From Thermoplasmatota archaeon (GTDB lineage Archaea; Thermoplasmatota; Penumbrarchaeia; Penumbrarchaeales; Penumbrarchaeaceae), in assembly GCA_029762535.1 (NCBI GenBank), contig JARVGK010000007.1, positions 1 through 64,000 of the forward strand: 64,000 nucleotides of DNA. The letters are read 5' to 3'. Made by a program: the position numbers and the translations under genes. Positions 8,382 to 18,800 of the stretch are shown here, piece after piece (the first letter of the stretch is position 1; every line of letters starts with the position of its first letter). The notes below the pieces were generated by a model. It did not search any database and was not told the DNA's origin. It saw only the letters and a list, made by a program, of their open reading frames with translations.

Positions 8382-11300
8382 TTGACATCGGTCGGCTCGA
8401 GATCCTCCTTCTCACCGGGAGCGGCTCTGGACCTCGCGTTGTTCCCGCCCTTGATCTTCCTCTCGTACTCTCTCCTAAGCTTGTCGTACATCTTCAGGGT
8501 CTTGGTCGTCACGGAGGGCTTTATCTCCCCCAGGACGGCTTCGATATCGCCCATTGTTATCGGATGGGGCTTCTTGTTCTGGAGCGCCTTTTCGAGCCCG
8601 AGGGCGGAGGCCTCGGCCACCAGATTCGCCAGGTCGGCTCCGGAGAAGCCCTCGGTCCTCTTCGCGAGGTCCTCGATGGCTATGTCCTTGGAGACGTACT
8701 TGTTTTGAAGGTGTATCCTCAGGATCTCCTTTCTGGATGCCGCATCAGGAGGCGGGATGTATATGACCTTGTCGAACCTTCCGGGCCTCATAAGGGCCGG
8801 GTCCACAAGATCGGGCATGTTCGTCGTCGCTACGATGATGACACCTTCCGCACCCTCCATTCCGTCCATCTCGGAGAGCATGATGGAGAGGACCCTCGGG
8901 GTCACGTCATCTGTCGAGTAGAAGTCCCTTCTCTTGGCTATGGAATCGATCTCGTCCAGGAAGAGTATGCAGGGCGACCTGGCCTTGGCCTCTTTGAACA
9001 GAGACGCGATCAGGTTCTCCGACTCCCCGTACCATTTGGACATCACATCGGAGCATTTTATCCCGATCATATCCACGTTGAGATCGGATGCCACTGCCCT
9101 GAGCATCAGTGTTTTTCCGCATCCGGGGGGGCCGAAAAGAAGTATGCCTTTTGAGGGCTTGACCCCGTACTTCGTTGCCATGTCGGGCTCCAGGAGAGGC
9201 ACCATTATCGCGTTCTTGACCTCACGCTTTACATCCTCCAGACCGCCGATGTCCTTGAAAGTGGCCTTCCGGAAATTCACCATCTCGGAGATCTTCATGC
9301 CTACATCCGAGCTCTTGATCTCCTCCACCCCGAAATACATCGGAAGGGAGGCCTCTCCAAGGTCCCTGATGACAAAGGCCAGAAGGGATGCGGGGAAGCA
9401 CGTGAGCAGGGCGAAGACGGTGAAAGCGTTGAACTCCACCGTCGAGAGCACATACGACGCTACCGCCACCAGGAACAGCAGCGCGCCAGGGGATGCCCTC
9501 AGGGCCCATCCTTTGACGTCGATCTTGCCCTCCCTGCCTTTGATGTGATGGTTGAACAAATAGTATGAGAGCACCATCGCCCCGGCCCAGCTGAGAAGTC
9601 CCAGGAGGGGTGTCAGATCACCCATGGTCTCCGAAAGTACCCTGGATATCGTGTTCATGTCAGTTGTCGTGATCGATGAGACGGCGTTCGCGAGGTCCAC
9701 CGGGCTCCACATCGAGGGTACGGGCCTCGAAAAAGTGACGAAGCTCAGCTTTCCGCCCTGGGATGAGAGCAGCGATATCATGTCGAAATTCCCCGATGGC
9801 GCGATGACGAGAAGGAATATCCCGGCGGTCACGAGCACAAGGGATCCCATCAGAAGCGATATCGTAAGCGCCACAGCGATGGGCACGGCGAAACCGATCC
9901 CGAAACCCGAGGCGAAAACCGTGAGAAGCGTGAGGTAGCCGTAGCGCCAGTCGAAGAAGCCCCCGACCATGGCCACGAGGGACAGCATCAGGAACACCCA
10001 GCCGAACTCCCTTGACTGATAGGCCGTTGATGCGGTAACGAGGACCGATATGATCAGAAGCGAGAGGTACGGGAACCGGATCGCTAGAGCGGTGAGCACT
10101 GCGCAGAACAGTATCACCGCCCACCAGGGGTAGAAAGGTGCCCATACGAGTCCCAGGAACGAAAGGACCAGGAAAGCCCCCGCTCTGAGGACCATGTCCT
10201 TCTTGCCCTCGTCCTTCAATACCCGGTCGTACCACTTGTGAACTTCATCTTTATCCTCGGCCCTTCGCCTTCTTTTCTTGTCCTCGGCGAGCTTCCTGTA
10301 ATAATCCTTTATACGGCCGGTCCCTACATAGGCCAGGGCCAGTAAGGATAATAGCATAAGCAGTCCCACCGCATCCTTCCATGTGGGGCCGGACCGATGT
10401 TCGAAAGGAACGGAGTAGGTCTTCTCGTTGATCTCCAAGAGGAACGAGAACGAACCGTCAGGACGCGGGACGGAAACGGTCCACGTATAGGTCTCGCCCA
10501 TGTACTCGGCTTCTATGCGGTAGGTCCCTTGATAGACGGAGGTGTTCGTGTAGGCTATACCGGCCTTGGCCTCGGTCTCGTGTATATAGGTCTCGTTGGA
10601 GAAGACGACCTTAAGGGTCTCGGACCCGTCGGGCGGACCGTTGCGGGTCATGTCCTTGAACTGGACGAATATGTATCCGGTATATACCGGTTGAGCGGGC
10701 GGAAGGCGGGGATACTCATAGGTCTGGGTCGCGGATACGACCTTGTTCATGTACGTATCGTACGCCTCCACCCTGAAGCTTATCCTCGATCCGGGCGGAT
10801 AGAATATCAGCTCCGCGGAAAGCGTGCCGTTCTCCTCCCCCTGTCCGAAGAAGGTCACCCCATCGACTGGATCCTGACCCGGGATCGCAACGGTATAGAG
10901 GAGATCGCCTCTGCTTATGGTGACGAGAGGGTCCCTTGATGATATGTTCAGCTGGACGTTCTGATAGTTCCTGGGATCCTTTGGCCCCCAATCCAGTGCC
11001 ACGTTGAGATCGAAATCGGAACCCGAGAACGACCCGTTCTGAAGGACCGTATAAGAATACTGTGGAGATGTCAGAGGTGTGTTCTTCTCGTCGTAGGCGA
11101 CGATCCTGTAGTTTATCGTGGAACCGCCGGGATGTCCCGGGATGGACCCCTCCATCGAGGTCTGGTTGATCCTGGTCAGTGAATATCCACCCTCGGGAGA
11201 TAATCGACCCTGGTAGCTCCATGTGAAGCGGACATCGGCGGCGTTTATGAACTGTCCGTTCTTGGAAGTGATAGTAATGTGGAACGGCTCCATATCGAAA

Positions 11301-11464
11301 GGAGCCCTGTCCGTTACATGGTCTGGCGATCTTACGATCTCTATCTCGGATTCGAAGACGTTGCCCTGCCATTCCGCGTTGAGAACGCTCGGGAACGCTA
11401 TGAGCAATAGAGCGATGGCCAGGACCGTCATGTGGAATTTTTTCGTCGTTCCGATATACATCAA
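8369..11464 (-). CDS. Polytopic membrane AAA+ ATPase (CDC48/VAT-like single AAA module) with exported N-terminal Ig-like domains
   Basis: Signal peptide, ~330-aa beta-rich ectodomain, ~10-12 hydrophobic helices, then FKDIGGL, Walker A GPPGCGKT, pore loop KWYG, Walker B ILFLDEID and SRH TTNMPDLVDPALMRPGRFD. Confidence 0.9.
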   Translation of the reverse strand: MMYIGTTKKFHMTVLAIALLLIAFPSVLNAEWQGNVFESEIEIVRSPDHVTDRAPFDMEPFHITITSKNGQFINAADVRFTWSYQGRLSPEGGYSLTRINQTSMEGSIPGHPGGSTINYRIVAYDEKNTPLTSPQYSYTVLQNGSFSGSDFDLNVALDWGPKDPRNYQNVQLNISSRDPLVTISRGDLLYTVAIPGQDPVDGVTFFGQGEENGTLSAELIFYPPGSRISFRVEAYDTYMNKVVSATQTYEYPRLPPAQPVYTGYIFVQFKDMTRNGPPDGSETLKVVFSNETYIHETEAKAGIAYTNTSVYQGTYRIEAEYMGETYTWTVSVPRPDGSFSFLLEINEKTYSVPFEHRSGPTWKDAVGLLMLLSLLALAYVGTGRIKDYYRKLAEDKKRRRRAEDKDEVHKWYDRVLKDEGKKDMVLRAGAFLVLSFLGLVWAPFYPWWAVILFCAVLTALAIRFPYLSLLIISVLVTASTAYQSREFGWVFLMLSLVAMVGGFFDWRYGYLTLLTVFASGFGIGFAVPIAVALTISLLMGSLVLVTAGIFLLVIAPSGNFDMISLLSSQGGKLSFVTFSRPVPSMWSPVDLANAVSSITTTDMNTISRVLSETMGDLTPLLGLLSWAGAMVLSYYLFNHHIKGREGKIDVKGWALRASPGALLFLVAVASYVLSTVEFNAFTVFALLTCFPASLLAFVIRDLGEASLPMYFGVEEIKSSDVGMKISEMVNFRKATFKDIGGLEDVKREVKNAIMVPLLEPDMATKYGVKPSKGILLFGPPGCGKTLMLRAVASDLNVDMIGIKCSDVMSKWYGESENLIASLFKEAKARSPCILFLDEIDSIAKRRDFYSTDDVTPRVLSIMLSEMDGMEGAEGVIIVATTNMPDLVDPALMRPGRFDKVIYIPPPDAASRKEILRIHLQNKYVSKDIAIEDLAKRTEGFSGADLANLVAEASALGLEKALQNKKPHPITMGDIEAVLGEIKPSVTTKTLKMYDKLRREYERKIKGGNNARSRAAPGEKEDLEPTDVKWED

Positions 11465-11467
11465 CTT

Positions 11468-12829
11468 TCACGCTCCTACGCTTACCCTCTGTTTCTCTAT
11501 CAATTTCTTCTTGATCTTGACCCTCTCAGCGATCCCCAGTGCGGCCAGTCCCGCCAATAGATACTCCACTGGGACCGAGGCCGCCTGGCCTACCGTGACC
11601 GGAGTGATGTTAGGGGCTGCCGTAAGGACAGGGGCGACGTTGATCGATGGGGCCACTACCGGGACCGATGGCGGCGGGGGAACCGGAGCGAGCGGGGCAG
11701 GGGGCGGCGGGGTCGGAGGCGGGGGAAGGGGGGGAGGAAGGCTCCTGATCACCGTGATGTATATGTCCGGAAGGTCCTCGACCTTCCTGTCGCCTCTCCA
11801 ATCGGTATACTCCAGATATGATCCGGACGCGAAAAGCCTTATGCGGCCCTCTCCGACAGCGGATGATATATTGAACGTCGCGGACCAGTTCTCCCCTATC
11901 ATCAGATCCCCAACGTTCCACAGAAGCACCCATCCGTCCTCCCCTTCATCAGAGGTGAAATTCTCGATGAGGTCGGATGATCCTTCGATATAATCGATGT
12001 CCGGGTCCATCCTGGCCCTTAGGGTGCAGTTGGTGCCTGCAGTATGATCATAGAATTGGTCCGAGATCCTGAGATATATATCTATGAGTTCGGACGCCTC
12101 CCTGGCTAGGAAATAATCGCCTCCGGTGTGATTTGCCATCCACCACAGGAGGGATTCGTCCACCATGGGCCCCAGGCCCACGGTGTATACCTTGATCCCG
12201 TTATCGACAAGGGCGTCCATCTGGGACAGGGTGACGTTCTTCTCCGGAGGGTCAGGGGTGCCGTCGGTGAAGAGTATGATCACCTTCTGGTTGCCATCGA
12301 CCCCGTGGGCGATGAGCTCGTCCGTGGCCGATTGGATCCCGGCCTGGAAGTTCGTCTGACCCTGGGGCTCGGTCATGGCCAGGGCATCGAGGTCCGCATG
12401 GACCTGAGCATAAGCGGAGGTCAGATGATTGAATGAAGTGGCTATTGAATCGAACTTTATTACGCATGCTCTGTCGTACGGGGCGATCATATTATCGACG
12501 TATCGATGTGTGGCGAGGATCCTCAGCACCTGGGGATCGTAGGTCCCTAAAGAACCGGAGTGGTCCATAAGGAAGACCACATCCTGGGGAGCAAGCGTGA
12601 TCCCTTTGGTCCCAACTCCGGAGACGACAATGGTCGCCGAGGTTTGATTAGGCTCGTTGCCCGAGTTCGATCTCCATATCGTCTCATGCGTGAAAGAACC
12701 CCGAGATCCCAGCTCGCCCCCCCCGGCGTAGGCCGTGGAGGCGTCCGCCCCTCTACAAAAGAGGATGATCATAATTAGGGCGAACGCTGCAAGGACCGGG
12801 GCCCAACCCCATATAGGTTCCCTCCGCAT
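11468..12829 (-). CDS. Exported vWA-domain protein with Pro-rich linker and C-terminal hydrophobic/basic tail
   Basis: Signal peptide, MIDAS DVVFLMDHSGS, GQTNF, ILFTDG, VYTVGLG, poly-Pro linker. Start moved to MRREPIW behind a GGTGA RBS. Confidence 0.9.
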   Translation of the reverse strand: MRREPIWGWAPVLAAFALIMIILFCRGADASTAYAGGGELGSRGSFTHETIWRSNSGNEPNQTSATIVVSGVGTKGITLAPQDVVFLMDHSGSLGTYDPQVLRILATHRYVDNMIAPYDRACVIKFDSIATSFNHLTSAYAQVHADLDALAMTEPQGQTNFQAGIQSATDELIAHGVDGNQKVIILFTDGTPDPPEKNVTLSQMDALVDNGIKVYTVGLGPMVDESLLWWMANHTGGDYFLAREASELIDIYLRISDQFYDHTAGTNCTLRARMDPDIDYIEGSSDLIENFTSDEGEDGWVLLWNVGDLMIGENWSATFNISSAVGEGRIRLFASGSYLEYTDWRGDRKVEDLPDIYITVIRSLPPPLPPPPTPPPPAPLAPVPPPPSVPVVAPSINVAPVLTAAPNITPVTVGQAASVPVEYLLAGLAALGIAERVKIKKKLIEKQRVSVGA

Positions 12830-12886
12830 CGAACCATCACCCCACATGATACATAATCCATGTTTCGGTCATATTCCCAGAGGCGA

Positions 12887-15800
12887 TCACTTCGTCTCTT
12901 CGGCCGGCTCCCAGTTGTCGGCATCCGTGGCCTTCGCCTTGGAGAATGGATTGCGGAAGGGCGGTCTCTTCTTTTCCGGACCTTCATCGGGTCCCCCTTC
13001 CTTCTTCTTCATGCCCTCTCCCTTCATCCATTTGGTCAGCACTCCCGTATAGGCCAGGACCGCTATGATGATTATCAGGAGGAGGATGAGCAAGAACCAG
13101 ATGACCGGGAGAGCGTCAACGAACCTCTCGACGAAGGTCGGCTTGCTCTCCACTTTCTTAACGTCTATCAGACCGGATACAGAGTTCTCGTTGCCGAGCT
13201 TGTCAACGGATCGGATCTGGAATATGTGGGACCCACCTCCGGAGGTGGGCCAGTACAATATGTAAGTATCCACATTCGATGTGTTGGAATCCGGGGTCAT
13301 CTCCCTCCACCCGAGCGAATCTATGTTTATCATGACGGATCCGACGCCGGATGGATCGAGGACATGGGCCACGAATATGACGGATTCACCCTCTTTTACG
13401 ACCCCCTCCCTAACTTCCATATTCCTTTCGATCCAGTAGTAATCGAGTTCGATCGCCGGTCCCGTATTGTCTATCCGGATCCCGTATGTGGTAGCGGCAT
13501 CGTTCCCCGCCCTATCGGTAGCCGTGAGCTTGAGCTCGTGGTCCCCGTCGGCGAGTATCCTCGTGTTTAATATGTACTCGTAGTACAGGCCGCCCTCCCC
13601 TCTGTAGATCTCGAAACCGCTGGCCTCGTCTATGGCAAGGGTCACCTGTCTTACGCCTATGGAATCATAGACGTAGAACCTCAAAGTGGTGGTGCCAGAG
13701 AGCACCTCACCGGGAGTTATCGTCGCCTGGGATATGATCGGGTCCCCGTTATCGACGGTCACCTCAACGTTGAAGGAGGTGCGGTGTCCGGCCTGGTCCT
13801 CGGTCATGACCGTTACCGTATGGTATCCATCGGTGACCTTGGTGGTGTCCCACTTCGTGGATACATCGTACCACGTCGTTCCATCTATGGCATACCTGAC
13901 CATGCCGGGGAACTTGTCCATGGTCTGGGCCTTGATCACGAACTCTTCTCCGCTGACCAGCTGGTCCTTTACAGGCGATTCGATCGTCAACATCGGATAG
14001 GTGTTGTCCACTTTGAAGTCGACCACAGGCGTCTGAACGGTGTTGAGGGCCACATCCACTATGGTCGCCTGTACTGTGTAGACCCCATCCTCCAGGAGCC
14101 TTGTGTCGAGCAGGAACTCGTAGTATCCCGTCTGGGCGTTGTATGAGAGCGGTTTCTCGCTACCGGCGATGTCGATGGTGAGGGACCTTATGCCGACCTT
14201 GTCGTATGCGGATATCCTGAATATGTAGGTCCCCTCGATGAACTCGTTGTCGAACGGGGTGATCATGCTTATCTCGGGATCGTTGTTGTCCACGAACACG
14301 GTCATGCCCTGCATGGTGACATGGCCGGCAAGGTCGGTCGCCCGTATCTGTACCTGGTGCGCTCCATCCTCGTAGAGAAGCGTGTTCCAGCCGATCGAGA
14401 CTGGCTGCCATGACGCTCCGTCGATGTTGTAATCAGTGCCTTTCTTGAACACATCGGCGTTTATCACATCGAAGTAGAACAGCCCTGATATCACCTGCCC
14501 TTCCTTCGGGGAATTGATGGTGATGGTCGGGGCCCTGTTGTCAACGTTGAAGCTGATCGGGCCGTAAGTGTAGCTCTTGCCCGTGCGGTCGTATGCGATC
14601 GCGGTCACGTTCCTCACACCGTCCTCACCGGAACCCCACGTTATCGTGTTCGATGTGTACTCATAATAGCCGGTCACGGAGTTGTAGGGAACCCTCGCCT
14701 CGAGATTATAGACCTTTATGATGACGTGATCGATCCCCACTATGTCGAACGCCGACACCTTTATCGTTATGGTTCCCTCCACGAACTCCCCGGGGACAGG
14801 GGAGTTGATCGTACAGGTCGGATCGAGATTATCGAAGAACACGTCGAAGGACAGTATCGCCTCCTTACCGGACTTATCGGTCGCCCTCACTCTGATGATG
14901 TGTCTCCCATCGCCGAAAGTAGAGGTATCCAGGTCCTGTGCCGCTGAGATCCAGCCAGTGCTGTCTATCTGATACTGCACCAGGTCAAGGAATCTGTCCT
15001 CGGCGGTGATGTTCAGCTCAATGATCCCTTCGAGGATATCGCCATCAAGGAGGTTCATGACCGAAAGTGTGGGCACATGATTGTCCAGGTTGAAACTGTG
15101 GGGGCCTATGAGCGTTACCTTTCCGGATAGGTCCGTCACTGTGATGTTCATCGCATATGTGCCATCGTCGATCAGTCTGGTGTCGGTCGAATACTCGTAG
15201 TAACCGTTGGCCAGATTGTATTTCATGTCGAGAGTGGAGCCGAACACGTCCACTATCACCGATCCGACCCCTACCGCATCGGACGCTACTACCCTGAAGG
15301 TCATGACCCCCATGATGAACTGATCAGCGACCGGGTCCGATATCGCACCGTAGGGATGGGTGTTGTCTATAATGACATCCGAGACGGTCGTTGTGATATG
15401 GCCGATCCTGTCAACGGCCCTGAAAGTGATCACGTGCTTCCCGTCACCGAAGATCGAGGTGTTCAGTGGGGTCGTGATGGGCACCCAACCTGAACCGTCA
15501 ACGTCGTATTCGACGCGATCCAGGAATTGATCGGTCACACTGACGTTCATATTCTCGATGCCCTGTAGATAAGCGTTGTCCAGGGGGTGGTTGATCCTGA
15601 GCACGGGCGCATTGTTGTCCACCTGGAAGTCTATAATGGGAGACTGGCTTATCTTTCCGCTCCGGTCATATGCTATGGCATAACATGAATAATTGCCGTC
15701 CGGCTGTATCGATGTGTCCGAATTGAACTCATAATATCCCGAGGCGGAGGAGAATATCGCTGAGAAATTGTTGTAAAAGACGTTGATCTCCACCCTCTCG

Positions 15801-18800
15801 ATGCCGACAGCATCCGTCGCTGAAAGTCGGAACCTGTATGCACTTTTGATGAATTCGTTCGGTACGGGACCGTTCACCGCGCATACCGGAGCGTTGTTGT
15901 CAACTATCAGCGTCATCGTCTGTGTCGTGGAATGTCCCGCCTGGTCCCTGGCCTGGAACATGATCACATGGCTCCCGTCAAGGATCGTGGTCGTATCCCA
16001 CGAGGAGTTGATCGGGATCCAACCGCCTCCATCGATGGAATACCTAACGTCCTGGAGGAAGGCATCGCTCACGGAGAGGTTGAAGGTCACGACACCCTCG
16101 ACATAGTTGCCGTTCTGAAGGCCGTGAACGGTCAATTCCGGAGCGTTGTTGTCCACCTTGAAGCTGATGTTCGATGAATTGGTCCATTTCCCCGATAGAT
16201 CGTAGGACGTCGCCATGACCGAGTACACTCCGTCATCGACCGTCAGCGTGTTGAGGGCATACTCGAAATAACCGGTCTGCCTGTTTATGGATGTCTGGAC
16301 CTCGTCAGAGAACACGTGCAGCAGGACCCTGTCCACTCCCACGGTATCGATCGACGAGACCTTGAAGGTATGTACACCCTCGAGGAAAGCTCCCTCGAAG
16401 GGGGAGACCATGGAACAGGTCGGATTCGTGTTGTCCACGATGAAGGTCAGGACCTGCTCCGTCAGATGGGACATGTTGTCTATGGCACTTACCGTTAGAG
16501 TATGCGTTCCGTCCGTCAGCCTGGACGTATTGAGTATGCTGTACCAATTCGGTTCGGAACCTGAGAAGTTCTGCCAACCTGTCGAGTCGATCCGATATTT
16601 TACGGAGTTGAGGAATATATCCGCGGAATTTACGGATATGGTATAGTCCCCGCCGATGATCTCGTTATCGTTCGGTTTCAGTATTCCCAGTGATGGAGCG
16701 TTGTTGTCTATATAGAACGTCACTGTGTCGCTCGTTCGGGAAAGATTGACCTTGTCGTATGCTGTAGCGTAAACCGTATACGTACCGTCGGGTTTGGTGT
16801 TCGTCGTCACAGTATACTCGTACGAGGAGGTGATCGGATTGTAAGGGAGCGTGATCACCGTCCCGAATATGTGAATATCCACGTGGTCCACAGCGACCGT
16901 ATCCGTGGAGACCACCCTGAAGGTGTAAGTGCCCTCGATGTACTGGCCGTCGATAGGCGAGTTGATGTCGCAGGTTGGCATGTTATTGTCCACGAATATG
17001 GTGATCGATGTCTCGCCAGTCATACCTGCAGTGTCCTTGGCGTCCACCGACAGTGTGTGAGAACCGTCGGTTATCTGGGTCGTGTCATAGGTGCCGGTCC
17101 ACGTGTTACCGTTCCGGGTCATGGGCGTCCATGCGTTCGTATCCACCCTGAACCTTACCGCTATGACATAGGAGGTGGTGTTCACCGAGATCTGCATCGT
17201 CTTGCCGGTGACGTAGGACCTATCCAGAGGAGTGTTTATTATGGGGTTGGGGGCGGAGTTCGAAAGAGTGAAGTTCACGGGGCCTAGCGTTGTCAGTCCC
17301 GCTCCGTAATCCTCTGCGGTGATATTGATGGTGCAGGCTCCATCGACGTATGTGAAGGTGTTGACGCTCCTCTCCCAGAACTGATTGGCGCTGTTGTAGA
17401 ACATGTTAAGGGTGCCGGCATTTATCATATTGCCTCCGAAGGTCATCTTGATCGACCTTACGTCCGAGGGTGTACCTGCGCTGACCCTGAAAGTATAGAC
17501 GCCCGAGACCAGCTCGTTGGATGTGGGATTTATTATATCTATCGATATCGGCTCCTTGACCCGAAGCGTTACGTTCGCGTATCTGACCAGTGTTCCGTCG
17601 CTGCCCCTTATACTGAGGTTGTATAGACCTACCGGGGTCGATGTGAGGGCCTTGACAGTCAGCTCAGAACTCTGGCTCGATACCGATATGACGGAGGGGT
17701 TGAACGTGAAGTTGAACATGTTGTTGTTGCTGTCAACGCTGGCCGACAAAGTGACGTTGTTGTTGTAGTTGTTTATGGTATCCATATCCACGCTGTATTT
17801 CACGTTCGAACCGGGGGAGAGTATCCTCAAGGCAGGCTCCGCCGTGAGGAAATAATCGGGGTTCGTCGAGACCCTCAATACGACACCAACGCTCCTTTCG
17901 ACTCCATTGTAACCGGTATCGTTGGCGTAAACCTCAAGAAAATAAGTGCCCGCGGATATCGATGAGGACGTGGTGATGTTCAGGTTCACCTTCTCTGTTC
18001 CTACCCCGCCAGCATTGACCGACAAACGGCTCAGGCTTGCCGATGCTCCGCTCGGGGTGCTGATGTTCGTACCTCCGGAATTCTTCCACCTGTAATGCAG
18101 GTCGATGTCCTTTGTTATCCCCAATGAGTTTACATCTATCTCATATGATGCGTTCATACCGGGGGCTATGAGCCTGGATACGGGGTTGGCCGAAAGCGCC
18201 ATATCGGACGTTATCAGCAGCGTATAGTTGTTCGAGCTCGAATATCCTGAGGTGGGATTGTCATCCACGACGCAAAGACCGTAGTAACCGGATGACTCGG
18301 GCTCGTATGAGAAGGAAAGGTCCCCTCCGTTCGTTGCTGAATCCTTTACCAGTGCATCCCCGGCGTTCCCTGAACCCCTGAAAAGATACATGCTCAGGTC
18401 CTGACCGCTCGCGACCGAATAGATGTCGAACTCGTAATAACCTCCAGCATCCAGGTACACGTCGTACATGTTCACGAGAGGGTAATCCCCCCTGAGCGTC
18501 CCTGAATAAGTGGTCGTTCCATGATACTCGAAAAGTGAGTATCTCCTATCACCTATCTTCAGATGGCCGTCCTGATCGGGGTCGGATCCGTAGAGATCGT
18601 CCGCGACCGTATGATAGTCGGATTCTATCCTGACACCCGAGTCCCAGTTGGAGCCGGTGAACTTAACGACCTTGGCGTAAAGATAGCTGCCAGTGTATGT
18701 GTGGCCGTCCACAACCACAAGGTCTATCTTGTTGCTGCCTTCGGTGGAGGATGCTACTCGATTCTCCATGTCGTAGTCCGAATACATGAACAGATCGAAG

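Noticed and set aside
11462-11470. vWA and AAA ORFs in frame across one TGA (possible readthrough or selenocysteine); likewise TadB/TadC at 63029-63032
   Set aside because: The downstream proteins have their own signal peptides, there is no Sec context, and in-frame spacing is expected by chance
8369-12829. Interpretation as an ordinary MoxR-vWA chaperone pair or as FtsH
   Set aside because: The AAA has classic-clade SRH and pore-loop motifs rather than MoxR signatures, has no M41 HEXXH domain, and the vWA is exported
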